This document shows positions 1 through 42,640 of a stretch of DNA of 42,640 bases, in pieces; within the stretch, counting starts at the first letter, position 1; every line of letters begins with the position of its first letter. This DNA is from Nemertoderma westbladi (lineage: Eukaryota; Animalia; Xenacoelomorpha), in assembly GCA_032718475.1 (NCBI GenBank), contig JAUCBJ010006258.1:1-42640 (forward strand), in the 5' to 3' direction. The translations under genes and the position numbers were made by a program. The notes beneath the pieces were generated by a model, which searched no databases, was not told the origin of the DNA, and worked only from the letters and a program-made list of their open reading frames with translations.

Positions 1-248
1 GGACCTTAAGTTTCCGATTAATTCTCGGTGACTTCCAAATCCTGGAAAGCCTATTCAAGGCTGCCCATGCATTTCCCTTACGTATTCGAAGGTCCTCACC
101 TGACTTCCGGATCCATGATCCCAGGTAACAGAAGTCGTCCACATGCTCAAGCATACCATCTTTTGAGCTTATGCTCATCCGATCAGAGACTTGCTGAGAT
201 CTTTCAAAGTTAACTGTCAAAATTTTGGTCTTTCTGGAGTTAATAAAA
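1..248 (-). mobile_element. Fragment of an RTE-type non-LTR retrotransposon, same family as 13300-15078
   Basis: The reverse complement aligns to about 14345-14593 with few substitutions, and the antisense ORFs 28..213 and 14381..14566 are nearly identical. The fragment runs off the window start. Confidence 0.92.
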
Positions 249-515
249 GTGAATTCTACAATTATGATCGGTCTTTCTAGAGTTAATTTCACTGTTGCTA
301 GGCAACCAACAGGTCCCTCGCAACCAAAACCTAGCATACACAACTATGTCCGATAATGAACATATCATCAAAGTTTCATCCAATTCCCTCAAGATTCAGT
401 GTAAGAAACAAACAAACAAACAAACAAACAAACAAACAAACAAACAAACAAACAAACAGACAGACAAACACGTGTGAGGATTAAAGATCCGTCCTGGATC
501 CGTCCAATAAGATAA
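249..515. mobile_element. Partial Helentron/DINE-1-like non-autonomous element with (CAAA)n/(CAGA)n microsatellite
   Basis: Homologous in inverted orientation to about 25910-26157. Shared blocks are gtgaattctac, tatgatcggtc, tgttgctagg, aaccaaaacct, gtccgataatgaacata, tttcatcc, acacgtgt and tggatccg. The microsatellite lies at about 406-470. Confidence 0.6.
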
Positions 516-813
516 TAATTTGTAAGTGGCTTTTTCTTTAGCTGATAGCAAATCGCAAACCTAAAGACAGACATAAAAATAGACAGACAGACAGACAGTT
601 TCGAGATGTCTACTAAATCTTATCTTCTTTCAAATTGTTGAGATCAGTGGATAAATAGAAGGTGTAATCCACTTCCATTTTGGGCGTGCAATTTTGTTGA
701 ACCAAATCCTATTTCAGGCACAGTGTGCTATCTAGCTATAGAGATAAATGAAGTCTCCATATAGATAGTTGTATTAATTTGAGACTGATATTAATCCAAT
801 CCGCCATCCACAG

Positions 814-30217
<29,404 letters not shown>

Positions 30218-30261
30218 GTTAGTTAAATAAACTTGCAGTACTTACTAGTAATGTTGTTTTC

Positions 30262-33200
30262 ATGTAAGGGTAACAGGGGCACACCAATGTAAGAGCACCA
30301 GGGGCACACCAATGTAACTGTACCAGGGGCACACCAATGTAAGAGTACCAGGGGCACACCAATGTAAGAGTACCAGGGGCACACCAATGTAAGAGTACCA
30401 GGGGCACACCAATGTAACTGTACCAGGGGCACACCAATGTAAGAGCACCAGGGGCACACCAATGTAACTGTACCAGGGGCACACCAATGTAAGAGCACCA
30501 GGGGCACACCAATGTAAGAGTACCAGGGGCACACCAATGTAACTGTACCAGGGGCACACCAATGTAAGAGTGCCAGGGGCACACCAATGGGAGAGTGGGG
30601 ATCACCAATGTAACTGTGCCAGGGGCACACCAATGTAAGAGTACCAGGGGCACACCAATGTAACTGTACCAGGGGCACACCAATGTAAGAGTACCAGGGG
30701 CACACCAATGTAACTGTACCAGGGGCACACCAATGTAAGAGTGCCAGGGAGCACACCAATGTAAGAGTGGCAGGGGCACACCAATGTAAGGGTAACAGGG
30801 GCACACCAATGTAAGAGCACCAGGGGCACACCAATGGGAGAGTACCAGGGGCACACCAATGTAACTGTACCAGGGGCACACCAATGTAACTATACCAGGG
30901 GCACACCAATGGGAGAGTGCCAGGGGCACACCAATGGGAGAGTGCCAGGGGCACACCAATGTAAGAGTATCAGGGGCACACCAATGGAAGAGTGGGGATC
31001 ACCAATGTAACAGTGCCAGGGGCACACCAATGGGAGAGTACCAGGGGCACACCAATGTAAGAGTACCAGGGGCACACCAATGTAAGAGTACCAGGGGCAC
31101 ACCAATGTAACTGTACCAGGGGCACACCAATGTAAGAGTACCAGGGGCACACCAATGTAACTGTACCAGGGGCACACCAATGGGAGAGTGCCAGGGGCAC
31201 ACCAATGGAAGAGTACCAGGGGCACACCAATGTAAGAGTACCAGGGGCACACCAATGTAACTGTACCAGTGGCACACCAATGTAAGAGTACCAGGGGCAC
31301 ACCAATGTAACTGTACCAGGGGCACACCAATGCAAGAGTACCAGGGGCACACCAATGTAACTGTACCAGGGGCACACCAATGTAAGAGTGCCAGGGGGCA
31401 CACCAATGTAACTGTACCAGGGGCACACCAATGTAAGAGTACCAGGGGCACACCAATGTAACTGTACCAGGGGCACACCAATGTAAGAGTGCCAGGGGCA
31501 CACCAATGTAAGAGTGGCAGGGGCACACCAATGTAAGAGTACCAGGGGCACACCAATGTAACTGTACCAGGGGCACACCAATGTAAGAGTGCCAGGGGCA
31601 CACCAATGTAAGAGTGCCAGGGGCACACCAATGTAAAAGTGGCAGGGGCACACCAATGTAAGAGTACCAGGGGCACACCAATGTAACTGTACCAGGGGCA
31701 CACCAATGTAACTGTACCAGGGGCACACCAATGTAAGAGTGCCAGGGGCACACCAATGTAAGAGTACCAGGGGCACACCAATGTAACTGTACCAGGGGCA
31801 CACCAATGTAACTGTACCAGGGGCACACCAATGTAAGAGTGGCAGGGGCACACCAATGGAAGAGTGGGGATCACCAATGTAACTATGCCAGGGGCACACC
31901 AATGTAACTGTACCAGGGACACACCAATGTAACTGTACCAGGGGCACACCAATGTAACTGTACCAGGGGCACACCAATGTAAGAGTGCCAGGGGCACACC
32001 AATGTAAGGGTAACAGGGGCACACCAATGTAAGGGTAACAGGGGCACACCAATGTAAGAGTACCAGGGGCACACCAATGTAAGAGTGGCAGGGGCACACC
32101 AATGGAAGAGTGGGGATCACCAATGTAACTATGCCAGGGGCACACCAATGTAAGAGTGGCAGGGGCACACCAATGTAAGAGTAACAGGGGCACACCAATG
32201 TAAGGGTAACAGGGGCACACCAATGTAAGAGTACCAGGGGCACACCAATGTAACTGTACCAGGGGCACACCAATGTAAGAGTACCAGGGGCACACCAATG
32301 TAACTGTACCAGGGGCACACCAATGTAACTGTACCAGGGGCACACCAATGTAACTGTACCAGGGGCACACCAATGTAACTGTACCAGGGGCACACCAATG
32401 TAAGAGTGCCAGGGGCACACCAATGTAAGAGTGTCAGGGGCACACCAATGTAAGGGTAACAGGGGCACACCAATGTAAGAGTACCAGGGGCACACCAATG
32501 TAAGAGTGGCAGTGGCACACCAATGGAAGAGTGGGGATCACCAATGTAACTATGCCAGGGGCACACCAATGTAACTGTACCAGGGGCACACCAATGTAAC
32601 TGTACCAGGGGCACACCAATGTAACTGTACCAGGGGCACACCAATGTAAGAGTGCCAGGGGCACACCAATGGAAGAGTGGCAGGGGCACACCAATGTAAG
32701 GGTAACAGGGGCACACCAATGTAAGAGTACCAGGGGCACACCAATGTAAGAGTGGCAGGGGCACACCAATGGAAGAGTGGGGATCACCAATGTAACTATG
32801 CCAGGGGCACACCAATGTAAGAGTAACAGGGGCACACCAATGTAAGGGTAACAGGGGCACACCAATGTAAGAGTACCAGGGGCACACCAATGTAACTGTA
32901 CCAGGGGCACACCAATGTAAGAGTGCCAGGGGCACACCAATGTAAGAGTACCAGGGGCACACCAATGGAAGAGTACCAGGGGCACACCAATGTAACTGTA
33001 CCAGGGGCACACCAATGTAACTGTACCAGGGGCACACCAATGTAAGAGTGGCAGGGGCACACCAATGTAAGAGTACCAGGGGCACACCAATGTAACTGTA
33101 CCAGGGGCACACCAATGTAACTGTACCAGGGGCACACCAATGTAACTGTACCAGGGGCACACCAATGTAAGAGTGCCAGGGGCACACCAATGTAAGAGTA

Positions 33201-36200
33201 CCAGGGGCACACCAATGTAACTGTACCAGGGGCACACCAATGTAACTGTACCAGGGGCACACCAATGTAAGAGTGGCAGGGGCACACCAATGTAAGAGTA
33301 CCAGGGGCACACCAATGTAACTGTACCAGGGGCACACCAATGTAACTGTACCAGGGGCACACCAATGTAACTGTACCAGGGGCACACCAATGTAACTGTA
33401 CCAGGGGCACACCAATGTAAGAGTGCCAGGGGCACACCAATGTAACATTACCAGGGGCACACCAATGTAACTGTACTAGGGGCACACCAATGTAAGAGTG
33501 CCAGGGGCACACCAATGTAAGAGTACCAGGGGCACACCAATGTAACTGTACCAGGGGCACACCAATGTAACTGTACCAGGGGCACACCAATGTAAGAGTG
33601 GCAGGGGCACACCAATGTAAGAGTACCAGGGGCACACCAATGTAACTGTACCAGGGGCACACCAATGTAACTGTACCAGGGGCACACCAATGTAACTGTA
33701 CCAGGGGCACACCAATGTAAGAGTGCCAGGGGCACACCAATGTAAGAGTGCCAGGGGCACACCAATGTAAGGGTAACAGGGGCACACCAATGTAAGAGTA
33801 CCAGGGGCACACCAATGTAAGAGTGGCAGGGGCACACCAATGGAAGAGTGGGGATCACCAATGTAACTATGCCAGGGGCACACCAATGTAACTGTACCAG
33901 GGGCACACCAATGTAACTGTACCAGGGGCACACCAATGTAACTGTACCAGGGGCACACCAATGTAAGAGTGCCAGGGGCACACCAATGGAAGAGTGGCAG
34001 GGGCACACCAATGTAAGGGTAACAGGGGCACACCAATGTAAGAGTACCAGGGGCACACCAATGTAAGAGTGGCAGGGGCACACCAATGGAAGAGTGGGGA
34101 TCACCAATGTAACTATGCCAGGGGCACACCAATGTAAGAGTGGCAGGGGCACACCAATGTAAGAGTAACAGGGGCACACCAATGTAAGGGTAACAGGGGC
34201 ACACCAATGTAAGAGTACCAGGGGCACACCAATGTAACTGTACCAGGGGCACACCAATGTAAGAGTGCCAGGGGCACACCAATGTAAGAGTACCAGGGGC
34301 ACACCAATGGAAGAGTGGCAGGGGCACACCAATGTAAGAGTAACAGAGGCACACCAATGTAAGGGTAACAGGGGCACACCAATGTAAGAGTACCAGGGGC
34401 ACACCAATGTAACTGTACCAGGGGCACACCAATGTAAGAGTGCCAGGGGCACACCAATGTAAGAGTACCAGGGGCACACCAATGGGAGAGTACCAGGGGC
34501 ACACCAATGGAAGAGTGGCAGGGGCACACCAATGTAAGAGTAACAGGGGCACACCAATGTAAGAGTACCAGGGGCACACCAATGGAAGAGTGGGGATCAC
34601 CAATGTAACTGTGCCAGGGGCACACCAATGGAAGAGTTCCAGGGGCACACCAATGTAAGAGTGGCAGGGGCACACCAATGGAAGAGTGGGGATCACCAAT
34701 GTAACTGTGCCAGGGGCACACCAATGTAAGAGTGCCAGGGAGCACACCAATGTAAGAGTACCAGGGGCACACCAATGGGAGAGTGTGAATCACCAATGTA
34801 ACTGTGCCAGGGGCACACCAATGGGAGAGTCCCAGGGGCACACCAATGGAAGAGTGGCAGGGGCACACCAATGTAAGAGTAACAGGGGCACACCAATGTA
34901 AGAGTACCAGGGGCTCACAAATGGAAGAGTGGGGATCACCAATGTAACTGTGCCAGGGGCACACCAATGTAAGAGTGCCAGGGGCACACCAATGTAAGAG
35001 TACCAGGGGCACACCAATGTAAGAGTACCAGGGGCACACCAATGGAAGAGTGGGGATCACCAATGTAACTGTGCCAGGGGCACACCAATGTAAAAGTGGC
35101 AGGGGCACACCAATGGAAGAGTTGGGATCACCAATGTAACTGTGCCAGGGGCACACCAATGTAAGAGTGCCAGGGAGCACACCAATGTAAGAGTGCCAGG
35201 GGCACACCAATGTAAGAGTGCCAGGGGCACACCAATGGGAGAGTGCTAGGGGCACACCAATGGAAGAGTGTGGATCACTAATGTAACTGTGCCAGGGGCA
35301 CACCAATGGGAGAGTACCAGGGGCACACCAATGTAAGAGTACCAGGGGCACACCAATGGAAGAGTGGGGATCACCAATGTAACTGTGCCAGGGGCACACC
35401 AATGGGAGAGTACCAGGGGCACACCAATGGAAGAGTGGCAGGGGCATACCAATGTAAGAGTAACAGGGGCACACCAATGTAAGAGTACCAGGGGCACACC
35501 AATGGAAGAGTGGGGATCACCAATGTAACTGTGCCAGGGGCACACCAATGTAAGAGTTCCAGGGGCACACCAATGTAAGAGTGGCAGGGGCACACCAATG
35601 GAAGAGTGGGGATCACCAATGTAACTATGCCAGGGGCACACCAATGTAAGAGTGGCAGGGGCACACCAATGTAAGAGTAACAGGGACACACCAATGTAAG
35701 GGTAACAGGGGCACACCAATGTAAGAGTGCCAGGGGCACACCAATGTAAGAGTACCAGGGGCACACCAATGGGAGAGTACCAGGGGCACACCAATGTAAG
35801 GGTAACAGGGGCACACCAATGTAAGAGTACCAGGGGCACACCAATGTAACTGTACCAGGGGCACACCAATGTAAGAGTGCCAGGGGCACACCAATGTAAG
35901 AGTACCAGGGGCACACCAATGGGAGAGTACCAGGGGCACACCAATGGAAGAGTGGCAGGGGCACACCAATGTAAGTGTAACAGGGGCACACCAATGTAAG
36001 AGTACCAGGGGCACACCAATGGAAGAGTGGGGATCACCAATGTAACTGTGCCAGGGGCACACCAATGGGAGAGTACCAGGGGCACACCAATGTAAGAGTA
36101 CCAGGGGCACACCAATGGAAGAGTGGGGATCACCAATGTAACTGTGCCAGGGGCACACCAATGTAAGAGTTCCAGGGGCACACCAATGTAAGAGTGGCAG

Positions 36201-39200
36201 GGGCACACCAATGGAAGAGTGGGGATCACCAATGTAACTGTGCCAGGGGCACACCAATGTAAGAGTGCCAGGGAGCACACCAATGTAAGAGTACCAGGGG
36301 CACACCAATGGGAGAGTGTGAATCACCAATGTAACTGTGCCAGGGGCACACCAATGGGAGAGTACCAGGGGCACACCAATGGAAGAGTGGCAGGGGCACA
36401 CCAATGTAAGTATAACAGGGGCACATCAATGTAAGAGTACCAGGGGCACACCAATGGAAGAGTGGGGATCACCAATGTAACTGTGCCAGTGGCACACCAA
36501 TGTAAGAGTTCCAGGGGCACACCAATGTAAGAGTGGCAGGGGCACACCAATGGAAGAGTGGGGATCACCAATGTAACTGTGCCAGGGGCACACCAATGTA
36601 AGAGTACCAGGAGCACACCAATGTAAGAGTACCAGGGGCACACCAATGGGAGAGTGTGAATCACCAATGTAACTGTGCCAGGGGCACACCAATGGGAGAG
36701 TCCCAGGGGCACATCAATGGAAGAGTGGCAGGGGCACACCAATGTAAGAGTAACAGGGGCACACCAATGTAAGAGTACCAGGGGCACACAAATGGAAGAG
36801 TGGGGATCACCAATGTAACTGTGCCAGGGGCACACCAATGTAAGAGTGCCAGGGGCACACCAATGTAAGAGTACCAGGGGCACACCAATGGAAGAGTGGG
36901 GATCACCAATGTAACTGTGCCAGGGGCACACCAATGTAAAAGTGGCAGCGGCACACCAATGGAAGAGTTGGGATCACCAATGTAACTGTGCCAAGGGCAC
37001 ACCAATGTAAGAGTGCCAGGGAGCACACCAATGTAAGAGTGCCAGGGGCACACCAATGTAAGAGTGCCAGGGGCACACCAATGGGAGAGTGCTAGGGGCA
37101 CACCAATGGAAGAGTGTGGATCACCAATGTAACTATGCCAGGGGCACACCAATGTAAGAGTAACAGGGGCACACCAATGTAAGGGTAACAGGGGCACACC
37201 AATGTAAGAATACCAGGGGCACACCAATGTAACTGTACCAGGGGCACACCAATGTAAGAGTGCCAGGGGCACACCAATGTAAGAGTACCAGGGGCACACC
37301 AATGGAAGAGTACCAGGGGCACACCAATGTAACTGTACCAGGGGCACACCAATGTAACTGTACCAGGGGCACACCAATGTAAGAGTGGCAGGGGCACACC
37401 AATGTAAGAGTACCAGGGGCACACCAATGTAACTGTACCAGGGGCACACCAATGTAACTGTACCAGGGGCACACCAATGTAACTGTACCAGGGGCACACC
37501 AATGTAAGAGTGCCAGGGGCACACCAATGTAAGAGTACCAGGGGCACACCAATGTAACTGTACCAGGGGCACACCAATGTAACTGTACCAGGGGCACACC
37601 AATGTAAGAGTGGCAGGGGCACACCAATGTAAGAGTACCAGGGGCACACCAATGTAACTGTACCAGGGGCACACCAATGTAACTGTACCAGGGGCACACC
37701 AATGTAACTGTACCAGGGGCACACCAATGTAACTGTACCAGGGGCACACCAATGTAAGAGTGCCAGGGGCACACCAATGTAACATTACCAGGGGCACACC
37801 AATGTAACTGTACCAGGGGCACACCAATGTAAGAGTGCCAGGGGCACACCAATGTAAGAGTACCAGGGGCACACCAATGTAACTGTACCAGGGGCACACC
37901 AATGTAACTGTACCAGGGGCACACCAATGTAAGAGTGGCAGGGGCACACCAATGTAAGAGTACCAGGGGCACACCAATGTAACTGTACCAGGGGCACACC
38001 AATGTAACTGTACCAGGGGCACACCAATGTAACTGTACCAGGGGCACACCAATGTAAGAGTGCCAGGGGCACACCAATGTAAGAGTGCCAGGGGCACACC
38101 AATGTAAGGGTAACAGGGGCACACCAATGTAAGAGTACCAGGGGCACACCAATGTAAGAGTGGCAGGGGCACACCAATGGAAGAGTGGGGATCACCAATG
38201 TAACTATGCCAGGGGCACACCAATGTAACTGTACCAGGGGCACACCAATGTAACTGTACCAGGGGCACATCAATGTAACTGTACCAGGGGCACACCAATG
38301 TAAGAGTGCCAGGGGCACACCAATGGAAGAGTGGCAGGGGCACACCAATGTAAGGGTAACAGGGGCACACCAATGTAAGAGTACCAGGGGCGCACCAATG
38401 TAAGAGTGGCAGGGGCACACCAATGGAAGAGTGGGGATCACCAATGTAACTATGCCAGGGGCACACCAATGTAAGAGTGGCAGGGGCACACCAATGTAAG
38501 AGTAACAGGGGCACACCAATGTAAGGGTAACAGGGGCACACCAATGTAAGAGTACCAGGGGCACACCAATGTAACTGTACCAGGGGCACACCAATGTAAG
38601 AGTGCCAGGGGCACACCAATGTAAGAGTACCAGGGGCACACCAATGGAAGAGTGGCAGGGGCACACCAATGTAAGAGTAACAGAGGCACACCAATGTAAG
38701 GGTAACAGGGGCACACCAATGTAAGAGTACCAGGGGCACACCAATGTAACTGTACCAGGGGCACACCAATGTAAGAGTGCCAGGGGCACACCAATGTAAG
38801 AGTACCAGGGGCACACCAATGGGAGAGTACCAGGGGCACACCAATGGAAGAGTGGCAGGGGCACACCAATGTAAGAGTAACAGGGGCACACCAATGTAAG
38901 AGTACCAGGGGCACACCAATGGAAGAGTGGGGATCACCAATGTAACTGTGCCAGGGGCACACCAATGGAAGAGTTCCAGGGGCACACCAATGTAAGAGTG
39001 GCAGGGGCACACCAATGGAAGAGTGGGGATCACCAATGTAACTGTGCCAGGGGCACACCAATGTAAGAGTGCCAGGGAGCACACCAATGTAAGAGTACCA
39101 GGGGCACACCAATGGGAGAGTGTGAATCACCAATGTAACTGTGCCAGGGGCACACCAATGGGAGAGTCCCAGGGGCACACCAATGGAAGAGTGGCAGGGG

Positions 39201-42200
39201 CACACCAATGTAAGAGTAACAGGGGCACACCAATGTAAGAGTACCAGGGGCACACAAATGGAAGAGTGGGGATCACCAATGTAACTGTGCCAGGGGCACA
39301 CCAATGTAAGAGTGCCAGGGGCACACCAATGTAAGAGTACCAGGGGCACACCAATGTAAGAGTACCAGGGGCACACCAATGGAAGAGTGGGGATCACCAA
39401 TGTAACTGTGCCAGGGGCACACCAATGTAAAAGTGGCAGGGGCACACCAATGGAAGAGTTGGGATCACCAATGTAACTGTGCCAGGGGCACACCAATGTA
39501 AGAGTGCCAGGGAGCACACCAATGTAAGAGTGCCAGGGGCACACCAATGTAAGAGTGCCAGGGGCACACCAATGGGAGAGTGCTAGGGGCACACCAATGG
39601 AAGAGTGTGGATCACTAATGTAACTGTGCCAGGGGCACACCAATGGGAGAGTACCAGGGGCACACCAATGTAAGAGTACCAGGGGCACACCAATGGAAGA
39701 GTGGGGATCACCAATGTAACTGTGCCAGGGGCACACCAATGGGAGAGTACCAGGGGCACACCAATGGAAGAGTGGCAGGGGCATACCAATGTAAGAGTAA
39801 CAGGGGCACACCAATGTAAGAGTACCAGGGGCACACCAATGGAAGAGTGGGGATCACCAATGTAACTGTGCCAGGGGCACACCAATGTAAGAGTTCCAGG
39901 GGCACACCAATGTAAGAGTGGCAGGGGCACACCAATGGAAGAGTGGGGATCACCAATGTAACTATGCCAGGGGCACACCAATGTAAGAGTGGCAGGGGCA
40001 CACCAATGTAAGAGTAACAGGGACACACCAATGTAAGGGTAACAGGGGCACACCAATGTAAGAGTACCAGGGGCACACCAATGTAAGAGTGCCAGGGGCA
40101 CACCAATGTAAGAGTACCAGGGGCACACCAATGGGAGAGTACCAGGGGCACACCAATGTAAGGGTAACAGGGGCACACCAATGTAAGAGTACCAGGGGCA
40201 CACCAATGTAACTGTACCAGGGGCACACCAATGTAAGAGTGCCAGGGGCACACCAATGTAAGAGTACCAGGGGCACACCAATGGGAGAGTACCAGGGGCA
40301 CACCAATGGAAGAGTGGCAGGGGCACACCAATGTAAGTGTAACAGGGGCACACCAATGTAAGAGTACCAGGGGCACACCAATGGAAGAGTGGGGATCACC
40401 AATGTAACTGTGCCAGGGGCACACCAATGGGAGAGTACCAGGGGCACACCAATGTAAGAGTACCAGGGGCACACCAATGGAAGAGTGGGGATCACCAATG
40501 TAACTGTGCCAAGGGCACACCAATGTAAGAGTTCCAGGGGCACACCAATGTAAGAGTGGCAGGGGCACACCAATGGAAGAGTGGGGATCACCAATGTAAC
40601 TGTGCCAGGGGCACACCAATGTAAGAGTGCCAGGGAGCACACCAATGTAAGAGTACCAGGGGCACACCAATGGGAGAGTGTGAATCACCAATGTAACTGT
40701 GCCAGGGGCACACCAATGGGAGAGTACCAGGGGCACACCAATGGAAGAGTGGCAGGGGCACACCAATGTAAGTATAACAGGGGCACATCAATGTAAGAGT
40801 ACCAGGGGCACACCAATGGAAGAGTGGGGATCACCAATGTAACTGTGCCAGTGGCACACCAATGTAAGAGTTCCAGGGGCACACCAATGTAAGAGTGGCA
40901 GGGGCACACCAATGGAAGAGTGGGGATCACCAATGTAACTGTGCCAGGGGCACACCAATGTAAGAGTACCAGGAGCACACCAATGTAAGAGTACCAGGGG
41001 CACACCAATGGGAGAGTGTGAATCACCAATGTAACTGTGCCAGGGGCACACCAATGGGAGAGTCCCAGGGGCACATCAATGGAAGAGTGGCAGGGGCACA
41101 CCAATGTAAGAGTAACAGGGGCACACCAATGTAAGAGTACCAGGGGCACACAAATGGAAGAGTGGGGATCACCAATGTAACTGTGCCAGGGGCACACCAA
41201 TGTAAGAGTGCCAGGGGCACACCAATGTAAGAGTACCAGGGGCACACCAATGGAAGAGTGGGGATCACCAATGTAACTGTGCCAGGGGCACACCAATGTA
41301 AAAGTGGCAGCGGCACACCAATGGAAGAGTTGGGATCACCAATGTAACTGTGCCAAGGGCACACCAATGTAAGAGTGCCAGGGAGCACACCAATGTAAGA
41401 GTGCCAGGGGCACACCAATGTAAGAGTGCCAGGGGCACACCAATGGGAGAGTGCTAGGGGCACACCAATGGAAGAGTGTGGATCACCAATGTAACTGTGC
41501 CAGGGGCACACCAATGGGAGAGTACCAGGGGCACACCAATGTAAGAGTACCAGGGGCACAGCAATGTAACTGTACCAGTGGCACACCAATGTAAGAGTAC
41601 CAGGGGCACACCAATGTAACTGTACCAGGGGCACACCAATGTAAGAGTACCAGGGGCACACCAATGTAAATGTACCAGGGGCACACCAATGTAAGAGTGC
41701 CAGGGGGCACACCAATGTAACTGTACCAGGGGCACACCAATGTAAGAGTACCAGGGGCACACCAATGTAACTGTACCAGGGGCACACCAATGTAAGAGTG
41801 CCAGGGGCACACCAATGGAAGAGTGGGGATCACCAATGTAACTATGCCAGGGGCACACCAATGTAAGAGTGGCAGGGGCACACCAATGTAAGAGTAACAG
41901 GGGCACACCAATGTAAGGGTAACAGGGGCACACCAATGTAAGAGTACCAGGGGCACACCAATGTAACTGTACCAGGGGCACACCAATGTAAGAGTGCCAG
42001 GGGCACACCAATGTAAGAGTACCAGGGGCACACCAATGGGAGAGTACCAGGGCCACACCAATGGAAGAGTGGCAGGGGCACACCAATGTAAGAGTGCCAG
42101 GGGCACACCAATGGAAGAGTGGGGATCACCAATGTAACTATGCCAGGGGCACACCAATGTAAGAGTGCCAGGGGCACACCAATGTAAGAGTACCAGGGGC

Positions 42201-42640
42201 ACACCAATGGGAGAGTACCAGGGGCACACCAATGGAAGAGTGGCAGGGGCACACCAATGTAAGAGTAACAGGGGCACACCAATGTAAGAGTAACAGGGGC
42301 ACACCAATGTAAGGGTAACAGGGGCACACCAATGTAAGAGTACCAGGGGCACACCAATGTAACTGTACCAGGGGCACACCAATGTAAGAGTGCCAGGGGC
42401 ACACCAATGTAAGAGTACCAGGGGCACACCAATGGGAGAGTACCAGGGCCACACCAATGGAAGAGTGGCAGGGGCACACCAATGGAAGAGTAACAGGGGC
42501 ACACCAATGTAAGGGTAACAGGGGCACACCAATGTAAGAGTACCAGGGGCACACCAATGTAACTGTACCAGGGGCACACCAATGTAAGAGTGCCAGGGGC
42601 ACACCAATGTAAGAGTACCAGGGGCACACCAATGGAAGAG
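30262..42640 (+). repeat. 25-bp variant minisatellite, ~500 units, running off the window end
   Basis: Constant CAGGGGCACACCAAT plus a 10-nt variable slot (GTAAGAGTAC, GTAACTGTAC, GTAAGAGTGC, GTAAGAGTGG, GTAAGGGTAA, GGGAGAGTAC, GGAAGAGTGG), and a recurrent 21-bp unit CACCAATGGAAGAGTGGGGAT. Confidence 0.97.

Noticed and set aside
30219-42632. Dozens of long Cys/Trp/His-rich minus-strand ORFs (up to 808 aa)
   Set aside because: The 25-bp unit mostly lacks minus-strand stops, so the same peptides appear in all three frames. This is a repeat artefact inside a SPAG17 intron.
30262-42640. CRISPR-like constant/variable alternation
   Set aside because: The variable slots are 10 nt, closely related and re-used many times. 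The context is eukaryotic and there are no cas genes.
30262-42640. Array of 12-nt microexons (CAG|GGGCACACCAAT|GTAAG)
   Set aside because: The spacers would be 13-nt introns with no polypyrimidine tract or branch point, which is not plausible for spliceosomal introns.

Overview
This is a eukaryotic (animal-like) genomic window. The + strand carries 15 phase-consistent internal exons (2803 nt, about 934 codons, 814-30217) of a SPAG17/PF6-like axonemal central-pair gene, incomplete at both ends. About two thirds of the window is intronic tandem repeat: a 34-bp array (~193 copies) built from an exon end plus its splice donor, a 53-bp array forming the arms of a Foldback/Mutator-like transposon, a homogeneous 61-bp array, and a 25-bp variant minisatellite with a 4.3-kb higher-order duplication. 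The 15-kb intron (11429-26616) holds a nested antisense ORF with PPP1R12/MYPT-like C-terminal motifs. Its 3' end was displaced by the Foldback-like element (9-bp TSD), which itself contains a 5'-truncated RTE-type LINE. Two Helentron/DINE-like copies, a second LINE fragment and a small MITE-like inverted repeat are also present. Homology calls come from recalled family motifs, not database searches.
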